DNA of 64,000 bases from an uncultured Gemmatimonadales bacterium (GCA_963821525.1 CAWGED010000004.1:192001-256000); one strand, 5' to 3'; positions 46,120-57,166 are shown, counted from the first letter of the stretch. A program made the numbers and translations. Notes: generated by a model from the sequence alone, not told the origin.

Positions 46120-47433
46120 ATGCTCTCCGACCCCATCGCCGCTCTCGCTACCGCGCCCGGCCGCTCGGCCATTGCCGTCGTGCGGCTGTCAGGCGAAGGC
46201 GCCTTGGACATCGCGGCCAGGGTGGTGCAGGGATTCCGTCCGTCTCCTCCCCGAGAAGCGCGCCTCGCCACCTTCCGGGATCCAGCCGGAGAAGCGATCG
46301 ATCGCGGGCTGTACATCGTATTCCCCGCGCCTCGCAGCTACACCGGCGACGATCTGGTCGAGTTCTCCTGTCATGGCGGGAGTGCTGTGGTCACGAGACT
46401 GCTTGCGGCGCTATATGCCGCGGGCGCGCGGAACGCATTGCCCGGCGAGTTCACCCGCCGTGCTGTGCTCAACGGGAAGCTGGACCTGCTGCAGGCGGAA
46501 GCCGTCGGAGATCTGGTAGACGCCACGGTTCCAGCTCAGGCGCAGGCGGCGCTTCGCCAACTCGACGGCGGCCTCTCGCGTCGGATTACAGGTCTGCGCG
46601 ATGCGCTGATCGATCTCCAGGCACAGCTCGCCTACGACGTGGACTTCCCGGAAGAGGATGACGGTCCCATCTCGCGAGGCCAGCTTGCTGAACGGCTGGG
46701 GGACGTCACCGCGCGAACCTCACACCTACTCGCCAGCGCGCCCGCCGGCACCCGGGTTCGGGAAGGGGCCGTCGTGGTCCTCGCGGGGCCGCCCAATGCC
46801 GGCAAGTCTTCCTTGTTCAACGCTCTGCTCGGCGTGGATCGCGCACTGGTAACCGAAATTCCCGGCACGACCCGCGACGCGATCGAGGCGCCGGCCGATT
46901 TTCACGGCTGGCCGGTCCGGCTGATCGATACGGCGGGACTCGCGGAGAGCAAGGACCGGCTGGAGACTCTGGGAATGGCGATGAGCCGGCGTTACCTCGG
47001 CGAAGCCGACCTCATTCTGTCCTGTGAGGATGGGCGGTCGGCCAATTCCGACCCGATCACCGGCGACAACGTCCTCCTCGTTTCCACCAAGAGCGATCTT
47101 CGGGAATCCTCCGGCGCCGGTGTTGCGGTCTCCGCCGTAACCGGCGCCGGCCTCGGCACGCTCCGGCTCCGCGTCGCGCAGCGAATCTTCGGCGATCAGG
47201 TCTCGCTCATGGATCTGGAACCCGCACTCACCCGCGCCCGACATCGCGAAGCCCTCTCGAAAGCGCGTGACGCATTGGTCGCAGCCGCGCCGCATCTGTC
47301 TCTAACCGGCGATCCTGTCCTGGCCGCGCACCATGTGCGCGAAGCGACTCAAGCCCTCGACGAATTGATCGGGACGGTCGATCTGGAGCAGGTGCTGGAC
47401 CGGCTGTTTGCGGGGTTCTGCGTGGGGAAATGA
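46120..47433 (+). CDS. mnmE: tRNA modification GTPase MnmE
   Basis: DPIAALAT, SYTGDD, GEFTRRA, GPPNAGKSSL, PGTTRD, DTAG, FCVGK. Confidence 0.96.
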   Translation: MLSDPIAALATAPGRSAIAVVRLSGEGALDIAARVVQGFRPSPPREARLATFRDPAGEAIDRGLYIVFPAPRSYTGDDLVEFSCHGGSAVVTRLLAALYAAGARNALPGEFTRRAVLNGKLDLLQAEAVGDLVDATVPAQAQAALRQLDGGLSRRITGLRDALIDLQAQLAYDVDFPEEDDGPISRGQLAERLGDVTARTSHLLASAPAGTRVREGAVVVLAGPPNAGKSSLFNALLGVDRALVTEIPGTTRDAIEAPADFHGWPVRLIDTAGLAESKDRLETLGMAMSRRYLGEADLILSCEDGRSANSDPITGDNVLLVSTKSDLRESSGAGVAVSAVTGAGLGTLRLRVAQRIFGDQVSLMDLEPALTRARHREALSKARDALVAAAPHLSLTGDPVLAAHHVREATQALDELIGTVDLEQVLDRLFAGFCVGK

Positions 47434-47437
47434 AACT

Positions 47438-47542
47438 GCGTGAGACGTAAGAAGTGAGACGTGAGAGGGGAGTGGTGTTCCCGCACTTGCTGTTCACACC
47501 CACCGATCTACCTTCTCACCTCTTACTTCTTACTTCTCACGC
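47438..47542. repeat. Inverted heptamer-repeat hairpin C (mnmE-MOSC)
   Basis: GC GTGAGAC GTAAGAA GTGAGAC GTGAGAG GG ... CC TTCTCAC CTCTTAC TTCTTAC TTCTCAC GC. Confidence 0.88.
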
Positions 47543-47553
47543 TCTTGGCGCGC

Positions 47554-48342
47554 ATGCACCTCTCCGCCATCCACGTCTATCCCATCAAGTCGTGCCGAGG
47601 ATTGAGTCTCGAGTCCTGGCCGGTTGACCGGTTCGGCTTCCAGTTTGATCGGCGCTGGATGTTGATCGATGAGCGGGGCGTGTTTCTGAGCCAGCGGACG
47701 CATCGCCGCCTTGCCTTGGTCAGGATCACGATGGGTGACGAACATTTCACCGTCGAGACCGAAGGGAAGCCCGCGATTCAGGTCAGCCTTTACCCGCCGG
47801 AGCTGCGTCCGGCTCGGGTAGTGGTGTGGCGAGACGTGATGGACGCCTGTTGCCCCGAGCCGGAGGCGGATCGCTGGTTCAGCGAGTTTCTGGGTGAGGA
47901 AGTGAGGCTGGCGCATATGCCGGACCGGGTAAAGCGCCCGTTGAATCCGTTCTATGCACGCAATGGCGGCCAGGCGAGCTTCGCCGACGCGTTTCCCTTC
48001 CTGCTCATCGGCCAGTCGTCTCTGGATGACCTGAATCGCCGGATGGCGACACCCTTGCCGATGAATCGATTCCGCCCCAACCTCGTGGTGAGCGGGGCAG
48101 AGCCCTTCGCCGAAGACGGCTGGCAACACATCCGGATCGGATCGCTCGAGCTGGAAGTAGTAAAGCCTTGCGAACGCTGTGTCGTTACGACGACCGATCA
48201 GGAGACGGCGATGATCGGCAAGGAACCGCTCCGGACGCTGGCTACTTTCCGTCGAGTGGGAAACCAGGTCATGTTCGGCATGAACGCAGTCCACTCCGGT
48301 GTCGGCCGACTCGCGATCGGCGATCCGGTGCTCCTGGCCTGA
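47554..48342 (+). CDS. MOSC domain protein (mARC/YcbX-like)
   Basis: IHVYPIKSC, DRRWML, FADAFP, NRFRPNLVV, KPCERC. Confidence 0.92.
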   Translation: MHLSAIHVYPIKSCRGLSLESWPVDRFGFQFDRRWMLIDERGVFLSQRTHRRLALVRITMGDEHFTVETEGKPAIQVSLYPPELRPARVVVWRDVMDACCPEPEADRWFSEFLGEEVRLAHMPDRVKRPLNPFYARNGGQASFADAFPFLLIGQSSLDDLNRRMATPLPMNRFRPNLVVSGAEPFAEDGWQHIRIGSLELEVVKPCERCVVTTTDQETAMIGKEPLRTLATFRRVGNQVMFGMNAVHSGVGRLAIGDPVLLA

Positions 48343-48343
48343 G

Positions 48344-49171
48344 ATGGGCGTCGCTCTTCTTGGTGTGCCGTACGATGCCGCTTCGTCCTACCAGCGCGGC
48401 GCGGCCAAGGCTCCTCCCGCGATCCGTGCGGCGCTGCGCCACGAATCCAGCAACAGTTGGAGCGAATCGCTGGTGGACACCGCCGCGCCCGGTTTCATCA
48501 CCGTTCGAACGATCTGGTTCTGGATCGCTCGCCGGACCCGTTCGGCGCGATCCAGACCGCGGTGGGTCACCTCCTTGAACCTGGGCCACGCCCCGATCGT
48601 GCTCGGAGGCGACCATTCCATCACTCTCCCGGTTCTTCGGGCCTTCCGCCGCCACCACCGCCCGCTCACAATCCTCCACGTGGACGCCCATCCGGATCTG
48701 TACGACGAGTTCGAGGGCGACAAGTACTCCCACGCCTGCCCATTCGCACGCGTCATGGAAGAAGGTCTCGCCGACCGCCTGGTCCAGGTGGGGATTCGGA
48801 CGATGAACCGCCATCAGCGGGAGCAGGCCGACCGGTTCGGAACTGAAATAATTGAGATGAAGGACTGGAAGGACGGCTGGCAGCTCAAGTCCGAAGGGGC
48901 GGTCTACATCTCCTTCGATATGGACGGGCTGGATCCCGCCTCGGCGCCTGGTGTTTCGCATCCGGAACCGGGCGGTTTCACCACCCGACAGGCCCTGAGC
49001 CTGATCCAGTCGGTTGAGGGGCTGATCGGTGCGGACATCGTGGAATACAACCCGGACAACGACCTGCGGGATCTTACGGCTCGGGTGGCGGCGAAGCTGG
49101 TGAAGGAACTCGCTTGTGCGATCCATCGCAAAAAGGGCGATTCCCCGAATGGCCGCAGCCACACAACTTGA
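48344..49171 (+). CDS. Agmatinase / ureohydrolase family protein
   Basis: LLGVPYD, GGDHSIT, HVDAHPD, YSHACPF, SFDMDGLDP, VEYNP; probable compensating indels near 48505-48570. Confidence 0.9.
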   Translation: MGVALLGVPYDAASSYQRGAAKAPPAIRAALRHESSNSWSESLVDTAAPGFITVRTIWFWIARRTRSARSRPRWVTSLNLGHAPIVLGGDHSITLPVLRAFRRHHRPLTILHVDAHPDLYDEFEGDKYSHACPFARVMEEGLADRLVQVGIRTMNRHQREQADRFGTEIIEMKDWKDGWQLKSEGAVYISFDMDGLDPASAPGVSHPEPGGFTTRQALSLIQSVEGLIGADIVEYNPDNDLRDLTARVAAKLVKELACAIHRKKGDSPNGRSHTT

Positions 49172-49301
49172 CGACCGAGGGATCCTTTCTGGGAGGCAGC
49201 GGGAGTTCATTCCCGTCCGCATCCTGGATGATTACCGGTCCTGGAATGACGATACTGCCGAGCGGTTTGCAGGTGATACGAAGCGGACCTGATCCTTCCA
49301 C
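49074..49301 (-). CDS. CDGSH iron-sulfur domain protein
   Basis: KLCGCGHSGNRPFCDGSH; GTG overlaps upstream TAG. Confidence 0.85.
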   Translation of the reverse strand: MEGSGPLRITCKPLGSIVIPGPVIIQDADGNELPLPPRKDPSVVKLCGCGHSGNRPFCDGSHKRVPSPASPPPEP

Positions 49302-49654
49302 TACTTGCCTCCCAGACGCAGTCGGCCGATCCGCTCGTTGAGCTGCTGGAGCACGATCTGAAGCTCCGAGTGTTCGGGATGGAGCGTCTTCATCTGGCCA
49401 TTGTCGATCTCTCCGATGAGCCCCTTGGTGATTTCGATGGCCCGGCGCAGCCGGAACCGTTCGACATTCACGTGGTAATTGCTGGTCCGCGAAGCGGAGA
49501 GGATAGCCCATACATTGTTGCGCAGGCTGTCCACCGCCGCCTTGAGGTCCTCCAGTCCTTCCGGGGCGTCACCGACCTTGTTGAGCTGGCCGTCTATCGT
49601 GCTGAGGCGATGTCGAAGGTCGACGATCTGCTGATTGAGTTGCTGGTCCGCCAT
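49301..49654 (-). CDS. Hypothetical helical/coiled-coil protein
   Basis: 117-aa ORF, heptad-like pattern, coupled to CDGSH gene. Confidence 0.65.
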   Translation of the reverse strand: MADQQLNQQIVDLRHRLSTIDGQLNKVGDAPEGLEDLKAAVDSLRNNVWAILSASRTSNYHVNVERFRLRRAIEITKGLIGEIDNGQMKTLHPEHSELQIVLQQLNERIGRLRLGGK

Positions 49655-49808
49655 TGTGTACTCGGGCTCCAGAGAAAGTGACCGGTTCCGGCCTCAAAGC
49701 TAAGCCCATTTGGGTGGGTGGGGGAGGAGACCGGCTCCGCTCGCGGTGAGCGGTTGGGACGGCTTGAAGGGTCCGGCGGGGAACTGCTTGGCGGGTAATG
49801 AGTCTGTG

Positions 49809-50754
49809 TCAGGCGGTCTGGATGCCGCGCGAGGCGTCCTCCGCGGCCTGAAAATCCTGGGCCGGCGCGCGCAGCGCGGCAGCAATTCCGCGCTCCTGCC
49901 ACCAGAGCTTCCGTCATCCGGTAGCCGAGGTAGTAGCCTGACCGTTCTGGGAGCACGCGGCCACCGACAAGTCGGGCGGACGGGCTCATGCCGCCGGAGA
50001 GATAGCGCAGCCGAAGGCCGATCCCGGTACCATCGAGTTCCAGATCTACCACTCGCCGCAGGAAGGCCTCAAGCTCACGAAGCCTGCGGTATTGGCGTCG
50101 GGGATAACCGAAATAGTTGGCCGGATCGAATCCGGGGGCCACGGCTTCGGAGGCGTGTACCGCGAGACCCTCGTTTACCAGGAGTTCCCTCAGGGTGGCC
50201 CGGCTTCCCGTCGCCCAGTAGTCGTAATACCCGCCCTGCTCGGCGATCAGCCGCTTGAGCTCGCTCTCGCTGGTCGGCGAGGTGTAGCGAACCGTGTGAG
50301 CCATTTCATGCGCCACCCAAAGTGGCAGCAACTCCGGCGGCAGTCCCATCCCGTAGGTCTCGGGATTGGCCCGTCCGGTGAAATGCTCCAGGCAAATGAA
50401 GACCGCCCCGCGCCCACCGACCACCAGTTCCCCCGCGTTGGCGGCACCCATGCCCACCATCAGGTACACGTCGGTGGGACGGTCCACCTGGAGCAGGTCC
50501 TCGGACTGGGCGATCGCGTCTTCCACGATGCCTTCGACGTCGGTTGACGCTAGAAGCTCGTGCAGATCGCTTCGGTCGGCGTGGAGCGCGTGGGTGACGA
50601 TTGCCAAGGCTTGGGGGCTGTCGAGATCCAGGACGTAGTTATGCCAGTACGCGCTCAGGACGGAGCGATGAGCGTTGAGGTAGTCCTGGAAGGCCGCTTC
50701 GCGGTCGGCGGTTTGGAGTACTGCGAGGAATTCTGGTATGAGATTGATCAGCAC
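49809..50754 (-). CDS. DUF2268-like putative Zn-dependent protease
   Basis: AHEMAH, NEGLA, GYYLGY; 3' end probably frameshifted (alternative stop at 49809). Confidence 0.75.
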
Positions 50755-50824
50755 GGATCAGGAATATCGGAAGTTCGTGCGGAGATGCAAGGGCCCGAAG
50801 AGCGTCTTGACGAGACGCTTGACG

Positions 50825-53800
50825 TTATCTGATCGACTCATGGAGTACTGATTGCTTCGACCGCCGAAAAATTCCTAGCGCGACGCCTCGAGAGCCTGGA
50901 TCCGCTCCTCCACGTGACGGCGCCGCTCCGCGAAAATCGGATCGGCATGTTGCCAGGCCTCCGCGACTCGACGAAAACAGGCGACGTGCGCTGTCTCGCT
51001 TACCGGCCGCATCGTAGGCGCGGCCTGCCAATTCGAAGAGATCGGTCCGTGTTACGTAGGTGTTGGGACCATCGAACGGCCCGCGCAAAGCAGATTCTGC
51101 CAGAGCGGCAGCGTCAAGTGGCCGTTTGAGCTGCAGCAACACCTGGGCGAGCTCGGTGTTGGTGCGAGAGTAGCCATTCACCGGCGAGAAAATGGCGGCT
51201 CGAAACTCGTCTTCGGCTTCAGTGAACCGACCGCGAGCGGCCAGCAGCAGGCCACGGACATGATGGTGGAGACGCCGATCTCTCCCATAGCCGCTCTGTT
51301 GGCCCCAGAGCTGGACACTGTCGGCGATCCGGTCCAGCAGTACGGTATCGCCCGCGGTTGCGAGTGCCTCGGCTCGCAACGTCTGAGTCCAGGCCCGGTG
51401 CCGCGCCTTCCTCGAAGAAGTTTCTCCCCCACCGGACCTGCTGATCGAGTCGAAGAGCGCCGCCGCTTGCCGGTAGCGTCCCAGCTCGAAGTTGACCTGT
51501 GCCTCCCAGAGCGCGCTGTAGGGCGCGGATCCGGCTGGGAGGCGCTCGGGCTCGCCGGCCACATTCGGCCATGGGCCCGCCGCAGGAGAGCGGCAGTCTC
51601 CGCCGCCTCACTGAGCCGGCCCTGGATTCGGAGGCTGTTGGTGAGCCACTCGAGATTCGCTGCCCGGGCAGCCGGATCCCCCTCCTGGATCTGTTCCCGG
51701 AAGTACTGATCGGCCCTCGCATAGTCCCCCGACCGGAGTCGGAGCCACATCCGGAACGGAATCTGATTGAGGTGTGGGGCAAGTCCTGCCACAGTTTGAT
51801 TGGCCGCAAGGGCTTCTGGAAAGCGTCCGGCCGAGTAATAGACCCCAGCCAGATTATCCCAGGCGACGAAAGACCCTGGCTGAGTGCGAGTCCACTGGCG
51901 CGCCACCCGTTCGGCGGCGGGAAAGGAATCGGCGAAGACATAGGCTCCGATGATTTCTATCAGAGCGCCGCACGCGAGACATCGGGCCGGGGCTTCGTTC
52001 GATCGGGGATCGAGGCGAAGACTGCTCGAATCCATCTCGATTACTCGGGCGAGGGGTTTCAACGCACCGAGAAAATCGCCGTCCCAGATCAGGGCGTGGC
52101 CCAGGAAGAGATAGCCTTCTGGTTCGGTGGGGTAACGGACGGTGAGCGTCTCTGCGATGGCGAGGCGGGAGGGGTCGTCAGTCGCATCGGCCCAGCCTCC
52201 CTCGATGAGCAGCCGCTCATGATCGGAGGCGTGCTGGGCGAGTCGCACCGCGCGTTCCATCGCGGGGATCATCCGGTCACGATCGGCTCCGTACGATAGC
52301 GCGAGGTAGTAGGCCGCCATTGCAAAGCTGGAATCCTCCTGCAGGGCGGACTCCAGGAGATCGAGTCGCGCCCGGCTTTCCACTAAAGAGCGCCCGGAGC
52401 CCTCGTTCGTACAGCCGGTATGCCGCGAGGGAGGAGGTTGTCGCCTCGGCCAGCGATGAACTGGGCCGCTCTCCTCCCAGGTTCGCGACCAGCTCGCGAG
52501 TGCCGCTTTCCACCAGGGCGAATAGATCCTTCCCCTCGACGCTGTAGGCCTGCCGGAGATTTCCGCTCTCGATGTCGGTTCTTCTCAAGTCGAGCCGAAG
52601 ACGTCCACCACCCATATCGAACAGGGTGCCGTCCAGCAGCTCGGTGGCTCCCGCTTCCTGCGCCGCGCGAAAGACCGCTCCCGCGCTGTCCGAGCGTGGG
52701 CCCGCTCTTTCCTAATAGGTCATACATGCGCGCCGTGCTGATGACCTGAAGACCGGGGGAGCGCGCCAGATCGGTTGCCAGCATGTCGGCGAGCGGACGC
52801 CCCAGCTCCTGATCGCTCTTGGTGTAGTCGGTGATCAACCCCACGGCCACAACCGGTGGCTTCCGTTGTCCTGGAAAGCGGCCCGTCATCAAGGCGAGCA
52901 GAATCCCCAGCATGAGCAGCAGCTGCAACCATTCCCGTCGCCATGGCGAGGGGTCGAGTGATTCGCCGCTTCGTTGTCCGGAGCGGCCGAGGGAGCAACT
53001 CCCAATCCGGACCGGAACGTTGCGCCGGCTCCGGTTCAGGGATGGCTCGATCAGGGGCCGGACGAGGTCGAGCGTACTCGTCGGTGTGGGGTGAAATCGG
53101 TTGTCTGAGCGGCGGTGTCGGTGGCGGAGGGGCTTGAGGCTTTGCGGCAGGCGCCGGTGGCGCGGACGCCGGCGTGAGTCCCGGTGTCGTGGTTACTTGC
53201 CGCTTGAGCGATGCCGCGTAGACCACGACCTCAGGCTCAACGTCGAGATCGAGTTCCTGGCGGCACAGCGTCTCGAAGACTCGATAGTGTTGCAGGGCCG
53301 CGCTTCGGTCGCCGCTCGCGACCAGTGCCTTCATCAAACCCAGCGCCACCTGCCCATTATGGGGATCCACGGTGGCGAGCTTCCGCCACCAAACAATGGC
53401 GGCCCGGGATTCCCCCCGAGCCGCGGCGGCTGCGGCCAGCTCCTCGAGCGCGCCGGCGTACTGATTCTGAAACGTGGCTCTTTCGATTTCTACCCAACGC
53501 TCGAATTCCGGCGCTTCCGGCACATAGAAGCCGTCCAGAAAGGGTCCGGAATAACACGACACGGCCCGCTCTAGCTGGACCGCCTCAATGGCTTTTTGAA
53601 AGTCGAGCCTGTCGCTGGTCATCAGGTCGGGATTCAGGCGGACCTCGTTACTGCCCAGAAACAGGTCTTCCTCTCCCAAGTCCCGGCGCAGGGCGTATAG
53701 CGCCTGAGTCAGTATTCGACGCGCCTTCTCCGGCTCGCTTTCTGGCCACAGGAAACCGAGGATCTTGTCGCGGGTGAGTCCCCGGTCTCCCGCCCCATCC

Positions 53801-53904
53801 AGGAGAGCGAGCAGGGCAAGCCGTCTCCGCTGAGCCCCCGCTCCCTCTGCAGGACCTTGACCCCGCTCGATGGATAGCCCGCCGAAGACTTTTAGTCGCA
53901 GCAC
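50825..53904 (-). CDS. SARP/BTAD transcriptional activator with TM, TolB-N-like and TPR region (multiple frameshifts)
   Basis: MLRLKVFGGL, RRLALLALL, RDKILGFLWPE, YSGPFLDGF..EFERWVE, LMKALVASGDRSAAL; downstream ORFs 52383-52928, 51178-52383, 50825-51562 continue it. Confidence 0.8.
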
Positions 53905-54052
53905 GTTACGCGAGTTGATCCGGAGTTGATACCGACGACGACTGGCAGGTGATGGCGCGCCCTAGTGTATCCGTCGTCGCACGGGTGATCAAGCGCCAGA
54001 ACTGAGACCGGGAGGGTCCGTTGCCGAAGGTTCCACTGACCGAGGTGCTTCG

Positions 54053-54511
54053 GTGAGGGTAACGGTGGGTCTCGTCACCCTGGCCCTGGGGGCGAACGGG
54101 TGTAACCGCGAAGCGCCCGCTCCAGCCACCACGGTCCGGGTGGTTCTGGAGGATGGAGCGGGTTCCGGCAGTTACGACGCTGTCTCGCAGGATCCGGCCT
54201 GCCTGCCCGGCCTGGTTGGCCCCGGTAGTTGGAGTGTCCAGTTCAGCGATTGGAAGGGTCCGCGGAAAGGACTCCGGAGCCTGCAGCTCGTGATCCCGCA
54301 GTCGGCGGACACTGGACAGTTCTACCTCGGCCTCGTGTTCGGCACGCTGAGCGACGGAGTGGTCTACGAAATCGACACGAGGCAGGAGTCGGTGAGCCAT
54401 GCCGGCTCGGGATCGGTTCAGATCGGAGAAGAAGCAGGTGGAAGCACCCTGACCGTCGTCGGTCAGACCGACAAAGGCACCAAAGTCACTGCTGTTGTTC
54501 GCTGCAGATAA
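54053..54511 (+). CDS. Hypothetical exported protein / possible lipoprotein
   Basis: SD GAGGTG; MRVTVGLVTLALGANGC signal; beta-rich. Confidence 0.55.
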   Translation: MRVTVGLVTLALGANGCNREAPAPATTVRVVLEDGAGSGSYDAVSQDPACLPGLVGPGSWSVQFSDWKGPRKGLRSLQLVIPQSADTGQFYLGLVFGTLSDGVVYEIDTRQESVSHAGSGSVQIGEEAGGSTLTVVGQTDKGTKVTAVVRCR

Positions 54512-54753
54512 ACCATGCCGGGCTCTCGGAGCCGCCCAAGGAGAGGATCATGAATCGTAATACCGCCGGCCTGTGGTGCATGGTCACGCAGTTCAAGGTG
54601 GATCCTGCGTGAACCCGGTGCGGGCCTTTCTCGGATCGTGGCTGCTGCTCGCCCGGGAAGGACGATCGGGCAGTGACGCCCTGCTGTTGCGCTACGCCAA
54701 TACCGATGCTTCGGCATTCTATCCCTGGAACATGGACTGAAAGGACGCAACCA

Positions 54754-56689
54754 ATGGCGAGGATACGACAGGCACTACTGGCAGGCGTCCTTCTGGCCGC
54801 CGCGTGCGGCGGCGGCGACAATGGCGGGACCAACCCACCGCCGGGCGGCGGCAACCGTGAGTGGACCGTCATGGTGTACATGGCGGCCGATAACAGTCTC
54901 GCGGCGCAAGGCGTCTTCGACATGGACGAGATGGAGGCGGCCGGCGTCACGACGAGCATTACCACGGTCGTGCAAGCCGAGTTTAGTCCGGACGTCATCG
55001 CGCAGTACAACGGCTGCGACGCTTCGTGCTTCAACCGCCCCAACTTCAACACCTTCCGTTATGAGATCACGGGGCAGGGCACTGATGTAAACGGGCCCAA
55101 CGGTCCGGCGACGGATATCGGGAACGTTGACATGACGAGTCCCACTACGCTGAAGAACTTCATCGATTACGCGAAGGCGACGTATCCGGCGAACCACTAT
55201 CTCCTGGTTTTGTGGAATCATGGTGGCGGTTACACCGGCCTGATCCAGGACCAGACGTCATCGGGCAGTGGACTCATGTCGGTGGACGAGCTCAAGACCG
55301 CCCTCACCGGCAGCGGGATCGACGTCCTCGACTTCGACATGTGTCTCATGGCAGGTTACGAGACCCTGGTGAAGGTGGGTGACCTGGTCAGCCAGGTGGT
55401 ATTCTCGGAAGAGGTCGTCCCGGGAGCCGGCAATCCGTATAGCCTCGATCATCGACGGACTCCAGGCCGATCCCACGATGACTCCGCGCGAGGTGTCACA
55501 ACTCATCGTAGACCGGTTCGATGCCTCCTATCAGGGAGACAAGGCCTCTACCACGATCTCGGCCTACGATATGGCCCAGCTCCAGACCTTTCTCTCGGCC
55601 GTGAACGACGTGGGAACGGAACTCTCGGCCGGGCTCCCCGCAGTCGGGGCCGAGGTTAGTCAGGCCGCTGCTGCGAGCCAGAAGTACACCATTCCCGAGC
55701 TCACCGACATCGGGAGTTTTGTTGATCATCTGACTCCGCTCGTGGCGGGCCAGACTCAGTTGCTGAACAAGCTGGCAGCCCTCAAGACGGCGGCGACCGC
55801 GCCTGCCTTTCGGATCGCCAGCAAGGCCCGAAACGGTGTCGGCGGTCAGGGTGAGCCGGACGTCAGCGGATCCACCGGCATCAATATCGTGATGCCCAGT
55901 GGTCTTGACCCGGACGTTTTCAACGCAACCGGTTCGAGAAGTCTCGCGGCCTACCATGCGGCGTATAATGGATTGGCGTGGGAATCCTTCATCTCCTCGT
56001 ACGTGAATGGCGGCGGTCAGGGCACGACGGCTACCATCGATCAGGGAGACGGGACCCAGCTGGAGACCTACCTGGTGTGGGATAACAATGCGATCGCGGC
56101 CGGCGCCGATGTGGACTTCTGGGTGCTCGAACCGGATGGCAACCTCTATATCCCATACGTCGGAAGCGTCTCCCCCAACGGGACCTTCTCCAGCGATTCA
56201 CGCGACGCCGGGGTCAATTTCGAGGGCTACCTGACTAACCGGTATGTGCAGGTCGGCGAGTACAAGATCTACGCGAACCTGTGGACCGATCCCCAGGACT
56301 TCCGTCCGCAATACGATCTGGCCTATCGAACCGATCAGACGGTCGATTTCCAACTCCTGTACGCTCCGAACTTCCCCCAGCTCTCGACGGTGAATTCGGT
56401 GGAGAATGATCCCACCCCCACCCTCGCCGAAGCGGAAAACGGGGCCTACACCGATCTACAGTATGTTGCCATACAGACCTATCCCGCCCCGCCGGCCCCG
56501 CTCGGTGTCGCGCGAGGTCTCTCGCGCAGGCCGAGCACCAACCACCACGACCTCACCGCCGCACAGGTGGCGACGATCAAGAAGTTGCGGGCTACGAGGA
56601 CTGAAGAGGGGACCCAGAGCACCCCGCGTCCGTCGACCCCGCTCGGTCCCTGGCAGCTTACTTTCCCGACCAGGCGAGGTGCACAATGA
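54754..56689 (+). CDS. Clostripain-related cysteine peptidase (C11) lipoprotein (frameshift near 55445)
   Basis: Lipobox LAAAC; WTVMVYMAADNSL, LVLWNHGGG (His), FDMCLMA (Cys), SEEVVPG. Confidence 0.88.
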
Positions 56690-57091
56690 AGCCGGCACTA
56701 CTGGGCCTCACACTGATCATCCTGGGTGCTTGCCGTTCGGCGAACGGAGGCGGCGCTCAAACACCCGCTCCGGGGCCACCGACCAACGCCACCGTTCACG
56801 AATTGCTGGCGAGCAATGCGCTGGTAGGACGAATGGTTGAAGTCACCGGTCGCTGCCTGGGATATTCGTCGCCCACGGTGGCGCAGGGATCGCCGCCGGT
56901 CACGAGGAGCGATTGGCAACTGGAAGACGGCGGCGAGGCGATCTGGGTCACCGGCCCGATGCCTGAGTGGCTGCACGGCGACGGAACCGGCGGCAGAGCC
57001 GAGCACGATTCAGGCGACGGTCGCCCAGGACGAGCTGCCCGATCTCGGAGGGTACGGCAAGACAATGCGGCGGTACCTCGTTCGGAAGTAG
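56686..57091 (+). CDS. Small hypothetical lipoprotein (frameshift near 56965)
   Basis: ATGA overlap with clostripain; lipobox ILGAC; PPVTRSDWQLED. Confidence 0.6.
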
Positions 57092-57100
57092 GCAGGGAGC

Positions 57101-57150
57101 CTGAAAACGAAACCCTCCGGCAATTTTCACCGGAGGGTTTTCGATTTCAG
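57101..57150. terminator. Bidirectional terminator-like hairpin
   Basis: CTGAAAACGAAACCCTCCGG / CCGGAGGGTTTTCGATTTCAG between convergent genes. Confidence 0.75.
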
Positions 57151-57166
57151 CAGGTTAAGGCGAGAG

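Noticed and set aside
40714..47542. Heptamer tracts as CRISPR arrays
   Set aside because: Units are 7 nt, contiguous and without spacers; no cas genes in the window.
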